A stretch of 64,000 nucleotides of DNA from the human T2T-CHM13v2.0 reference genome, Homo sapiens: NCBI RefSeq assembly GCF_009914755.1, contig NC_060941.1. One strand, given 5' to 3'. Positions within the stretch are counted from its first letter, which is position 1; every line of letters starts with the position of its first letter. The notes beneath the pieces were generated by a model. The model was not told where the DNA came from. It did not search any database and saw only the letters and a list, made by a program, of their open reading frames with translations. Positions 58,601 to 64,000 of this stretch are shown here, piece by piece. Position numbers and translations under genes: made by a program.

Positions 58601-61600
58601 GGAATGGCATCGTATGGAATGAAACTGAATTTAATGGACCAGAATGGAATGGACTGGAATAGAATGGACTCGAGTGTAATGTATTGCAATGTAATTGATT
58701 CAAATGAAATGGAATCGAATGGAATGGAATCAAAAGGAATGGACCGGAATGAAATTTACTGGAATAGTACAGACACGAAAGTAGTTGATTGCAATTTAAA
58801 TGACTCAAATGGAATGGATTCAAAAGGAATTTAATCAAATGCGAGGAAATGGAATGCAATGGAATGGTATGGAAAAGAATGCAATGGAATGGAATGGATT
58901 GGAAACGAGTGGAAAGGAAACAAATGGAATGGAATCAAATGGAATGGAATCTAAAGGAATGGACTGGAATGGAATGGACGCGAATGGAGTGGACTTTAGA
59001 GGAATGGATTCGAATGGAATGGAAAAGAATGGAATGGATTGGAATGCAATGGAATGGAATGGAAAGGAATAGAATGGAATGGAATCGGATGGAACGGAAT
59101 GGAATGAACTCGAATGGAATGGATCCGATGGGAATGGCATTGCATGCAACGGACTGGAATGAAATGCAGTCGAATGGAATGCACTGGAGTGGAATGGACT
59201 CAAATGGAATGGAAAGTAATGGAATGGAAAGGAATGGAATGTAATGAAATGGAATAGAAAGGAATAGAATGGAATGGAATTGGATGGAATGGAATGGAAC
59301 GGAATGGAGTCGAATGGAATAGAATCGAATGGAATGGCATCAAATGGAATGGAATGGAATGGAATGGACTCGAATGGAAGGGACTCAAAAGGAAGAGAAT
59401 CGAATAGAATGGCATTCATTGCAATGGAATGGATTGGAATGGACCTGAATATAACAGATTGGAATGGAATGGACTCAAATAGAATGGATTCAAAAGAAAT
59501 GTTCTCGAATGGAATTTATTGAAATAGAATGGAATCAAATGGAATGCAATTGTATGGAATGGAATCGATTGGTAACGAATCAAATGTAATGGAACGGAAT
59601 GGAATTGATTGGAATAAAACGGAATGGGATGTAATGGATTGCAATATAATTGATTAGAATGGAATGGAATCGAATGGAATGGAATCGAATTGAATGGAAT
59701 CAAATGGAATGGACCGGATGGAATGGACTGGAATAGAACGGACTCGAATGAAATTGATTGCCATGTTATTCATTTGAATGGAATGGAATCGAATGGAATG
59801 TAATCCAAAGGAATGGAATGGAATGCAAAGCAACGGAATAGAATGGAACGTAATGGAATGGAACGAAGAAGAATCGAGTTGAATGGCATCAAATGGAATG
59901 GAATTTAATGGAATGGAAATGAATGGAATGGACAGGAATGTAATGGATTTGAATGGATTGGACTGGAACAAAATGTAAAGGAATCGTTTGGAATGGAACA
60001 GAATGGAATGGAATGGAATGGAATGGACTCCAATGGAATGGAGTCGAATGGAATAGAACCAAGTGAAATGGAATCGAATGGAATGGAATTGAATGGAACT
60101 GAAAGGAATAGAATGGAATGGAGTGTAATGGAAAGATATCAAATGGAATGGAATGGAATAGAATGGACTCAAAATGAATGGACTGGAGTGGAATGGACTC
60201 GAATGGAACGGACTGCAGTGGAATGGACTCGAATGGAATGGAAACGAATGGAGTGGAATGGAAGGGAATGCAATGGAATGGAACGGAAAGGAATAGAATG
60301 GAATGAAATCGGATTGAATGGAATGGAACGGAACGGATTCAAATGGAATAGAATCAAATGTAATGGCATCGAATGAAATGGAATAGAACGCAATGTACTC
60401 GAATGGAATGGACAGGAATGGAATGGACCCGAATGGAATGGCATCGAATGGAATGGAATGGAATGGACCAAACATAATGGACTCTAAAGGAATGGAGTCA
60501 AATGGAATGGAATCGAATGGAATGGTAACGAATGAAATGGAATATAACGGAATCGGAAGGAATAGAATTGAACGGAGTGTAATGGAAAGATGTGAAATGA
60601 AATAGATTGCAAACGAATGGAATGCACTGGAATGGAATGGACTCGAATGGAATGGACTGGAGTGGAATGGACTCTAATGGAATGGAAACGAATGGAATGG
60701 AATGGAATGGAATGGAATGGAATGGAATGGAATATTATGGAGCGGAATTGACTATAATGGAATCCGATGGAATGGACTGGAATAGAATGGACTTGAAAGT
60801 AATGGATTGCAATGTAATTGATTCGAATGGAATTGAATCGAATGGAATGTAATCAAATGAAATGGAATGGAATGCAATGTAATGGAATAGAATGGAATGC
60901 AATAGAATGGAATGGAGTGGAATCGACTGGAATGAAATCGAGTGCAATGGAATCAAATGGAATGGAATTGAATGTAATGGACGGGAATGTAACGGACTCC
61001 AATGGAATGGACTGGAGCAAAATGGAATGGAAGGGATTGGAATCGAACGGAATGGAATGGAATGGAATGGAATAGAATGTACTCAAATGGAATGGAGTCG
61101 AATGGAATGGAATCGAATGGAATGGAATTGAACGGTATCGAAAGGAATAGAATGGAATGGAGCATAAAGGAAAGATATCGAATGGAATGGAATGGAACTG
61201 AATGGACTCGACTGGAATGGACTGGAATGGAATGGACTCGAATGGAATGGACTGGAGTGAAATGGACTACAATGGAATGGAAACGAATGGAATGAAATGG
61301 AATGGAATGGAACAGAATGGAAAGGAATAGAATGTAATGGAATAGGTTGGAGATGGAATGCAAAGGAATGCAGTCGGATGGAATTGAATCAAATGGAATG
61401 GCAATGAGTGGAATGGAATGGAATGCAATGGAGTGGAATAGAATGGAGTGCAATGGAATGGAATGGAGTGGAATCGAGGGGAATGGAAACTAATGGAATG
61501 GAATTGAATGCAATGGAATCGAATGGAATGGACTAGAATGGAATGCACTCGAATGGAATGGATTGGAAAAAATGGAATCGAACAGATTGGAATAGAAAGG

Positions 61601-64000
61601 AACGGAATGGAATGAAATGGAATGGAATGGACTCAATTGGAGTGGACTCGAATGGAATGGAATCGAATAGAATGGAGTCGACTAGAATGGAATTGAAAGG
61701 AATGGAAAGAATAGAATGAATTTTAGTGTAATGGAAAGATATCGAATGGAATGCAATGGAATGGAATGGACTTGAATGGAAGAGACTGGAATGGAATGCA
61801 TTTGAATGGTAGGGTCTGGAGAAGAATGGACTCGAATGGAATGGAAACGAATATAATGGAATGGAATGAAATGGAAAGGAATAGAATGAAATGTAATCGG
61901 ATGTTATGGAATGGAATGGAGTCAAATGGAATAGAATCGAATGGAATGGCATCGAATGGAATGGAATGGAATGGACTCGAAATGCATGGACTTGAAGGAA
62001 TAGAAATAGAATGGAATGGCATCAAATGGATTAGAATGGAATGGAATGGACTTGAAAGGAATGGTCTAGAATGGAATGGAATGGACTTGAAAGGAATGGT
62101 CTAGAATGGAATAGAATGGAATGGAATGGACTGGCATGAAATGGACCAAAATGTAATGGACTCGAATGGAATGGACTCAAATAGAATGGACTCGAAAATA
62201 ATGATATCAAATGGAATTTATTCGGAAGGAATGGTATCGAATGGAATGCAATTGTATGGAATGGAATCGAATGGAATGAAAGTGAATGGAATGGACTGGA
62301 ATGGAATGGACAGGAATAGAACAGACTCATATGTAACGGATTTCAATGTAATTAATTCGAATGAATAGAATGGAATGGAGTCGAATGGAATGGAATCTAA
62401 AGGAATGGTATCGGATGAAATAGAATTGAATGGAATCAAAAGTAATAGAATGGAATTGAGTGTACCGGAAAGATATCAAATGGAATGGAATGGAATGGAA
62501 TGGAATCGACACGAATGGAATGGACTGGAATTGAAAGGACTTCAATGGAATGGGCTGGAGTGGAATTGACTCGAATAGAATGGACTGGACTAGAGTGGAC
62601 TCGTATGGAAGGGATATAACCGGTATGGAAAGGAATGGAATGGAATGGAAAGGAATAGAATGGAATGGAATCAGACGGAATGGAATGGAATGGAATGGAA
62701 TGGAATGGAGTCGAATGGAATAGAATAGAAAGGAATGGCATCAAATGGAATTTACTGGAATGCAAAGGAATGGAATGGACTTGAATGGAATGCACTGGAA
62801 TGAAATGGACGCGAATCTAATGGACTGGAGTGGAATGGACTCGAATGGTATGGAAACGAATATAATGGAATGGAATGGGGTGGAAAAGAATGGAATGGGA
62901 TGGAAAACAATAGAATGGAATCGGATGGAATGGAATGGAATGGAATGAAGTCAAATGGAATAGAATAGAATGGAATGGCATGGAATGGAATGGACTCGAA
63001 TTGAATGGACCCAAATCAAATAGAATAGAAAGGAATGACATCGAATTGAATAGAATGGAAAGCATGGGACTCCTATGGAATGGACTGGAAAGGACTGTAT
63101 ACGAAAGAAATGGACTGGAAGAAAATGGAATCGAACAAATGGGAATCAAACAGAACAGAATGGAATGCAATGGAATGTGAAGGACCCGAATGGAATAGAG
63201 TCAATTGGAATGGAATCGAATGGAATGGAATAGAATGAAATGGAATTGAATGGAATAGAAAGGAATAGAATCTAATGGAGTGTAATGGAAAGATATCTAA
63301 TGGAAAGGAATTGAATGGAGTCGAATGGAATGGACTGGAATAGAATGGACTCGAATGGAATGGACTGAAGAGGAACATACTCGAATGCAATGGAAACGAA
63401 TATGGAAAGGAATAGAAAGGAATGGAATAGGAAGGAATGGAATGGAATGGAATGGAGTCGAATGGAATACAATCGAATGGAATGGCATCGAATGCAATGG
63501 AATGGAATTTAATGGAATGGCATCGAATGGAATGGAATGGAATGGACCCAAATGTAATGGACTCGAATGGAATGGACTCAAATAGAATGGACTCAAAAGG
63601 AATGGTCTTGAATCGAATATATTTGAATAGAATGGAATTTAATGGAAAGCAATAGTATTGAACGGAAATGAATGGGACAGAATCGAATGGAATGGACAGG
63701 CATAGAATGTACTGGAATAGAAAGGACTCGAATGTAATGGATTGCAATGTATTTGATTTGAATGGAATGGAATCAAATGGAATGTTATCAAATGGAATGG
63801 AATGGTATGCAATGGAAAGGAATAGAATGCAATGAAATGGAATGGAATGCCATGGAATCGAGAGGAATGGAATTGAATGGAAAGGAATCGAATGGAATGG
63901 ACTGGAATGGAATGGACTGGAATGGAATGGACTCAAAAGGAATGCGCTGGAAGAAAATGGAATCAAACTGATTGGAATCGAACGGAACGGAATGGAATGG
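49677..64000 (-). repeat. Human satellite III (HSat3) array, GGAAT on + (CATTC on -); continues past the right edge
   Basis: Continuous diverged GGAAT pentamers with GGACTCGAAT, GGAATCGAAT and GCAAT variants and no GATGATG/CATCATC motif. Confidence 0.97.

Noticed and set aside
49590-63971. Long IPFHS / MEWNG ORFs up to 444 aa
   Set aside because: Translations of (CATTC)n/(GGAAT)n, which lack stop codons by composition.

Overview
This is not microbial DNA. It is human (or great-ape) pericentromeric sequence with three parts. (1) About 16 kb of diverged satellite II (HSat2, CATTCGATGATG-type, CATTC on +), 1-16020, ending in a short (CATTC)n tract. (2) A ~33-kb non-satellite island, 16291-49676, that looks like a mosaic of segmental duplications. 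It holds AT-rich DNA with ancient L1M/L2/Tigger/LTR relics, a full-length but dead L1PA2-like element, a 2-kb CpG-rich GCTTTTTGC tandem repeat, several Alus, and a MIR-rich euchromatin-like block carrying an unprocessed exon-1 pseudogene of BSND (barttin). (3) About 14 kb of satellite III (HSat3, GGAAT on +), 49677-64000, in the opposite orientation to the HSat2. No intact protein-coding gene is supported; nearly all ORFs in the track are repeat artefacts. The most notable observations are an L1 3' transduction bracketed by an 18-bp target-site duplication, the BSND pseudo-exon with a duplicated start region, and several rearrangement junctions. Family and subfamily calls come from remembered consensus sequences, not database searches. 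I found no evidence of a novel functional system.
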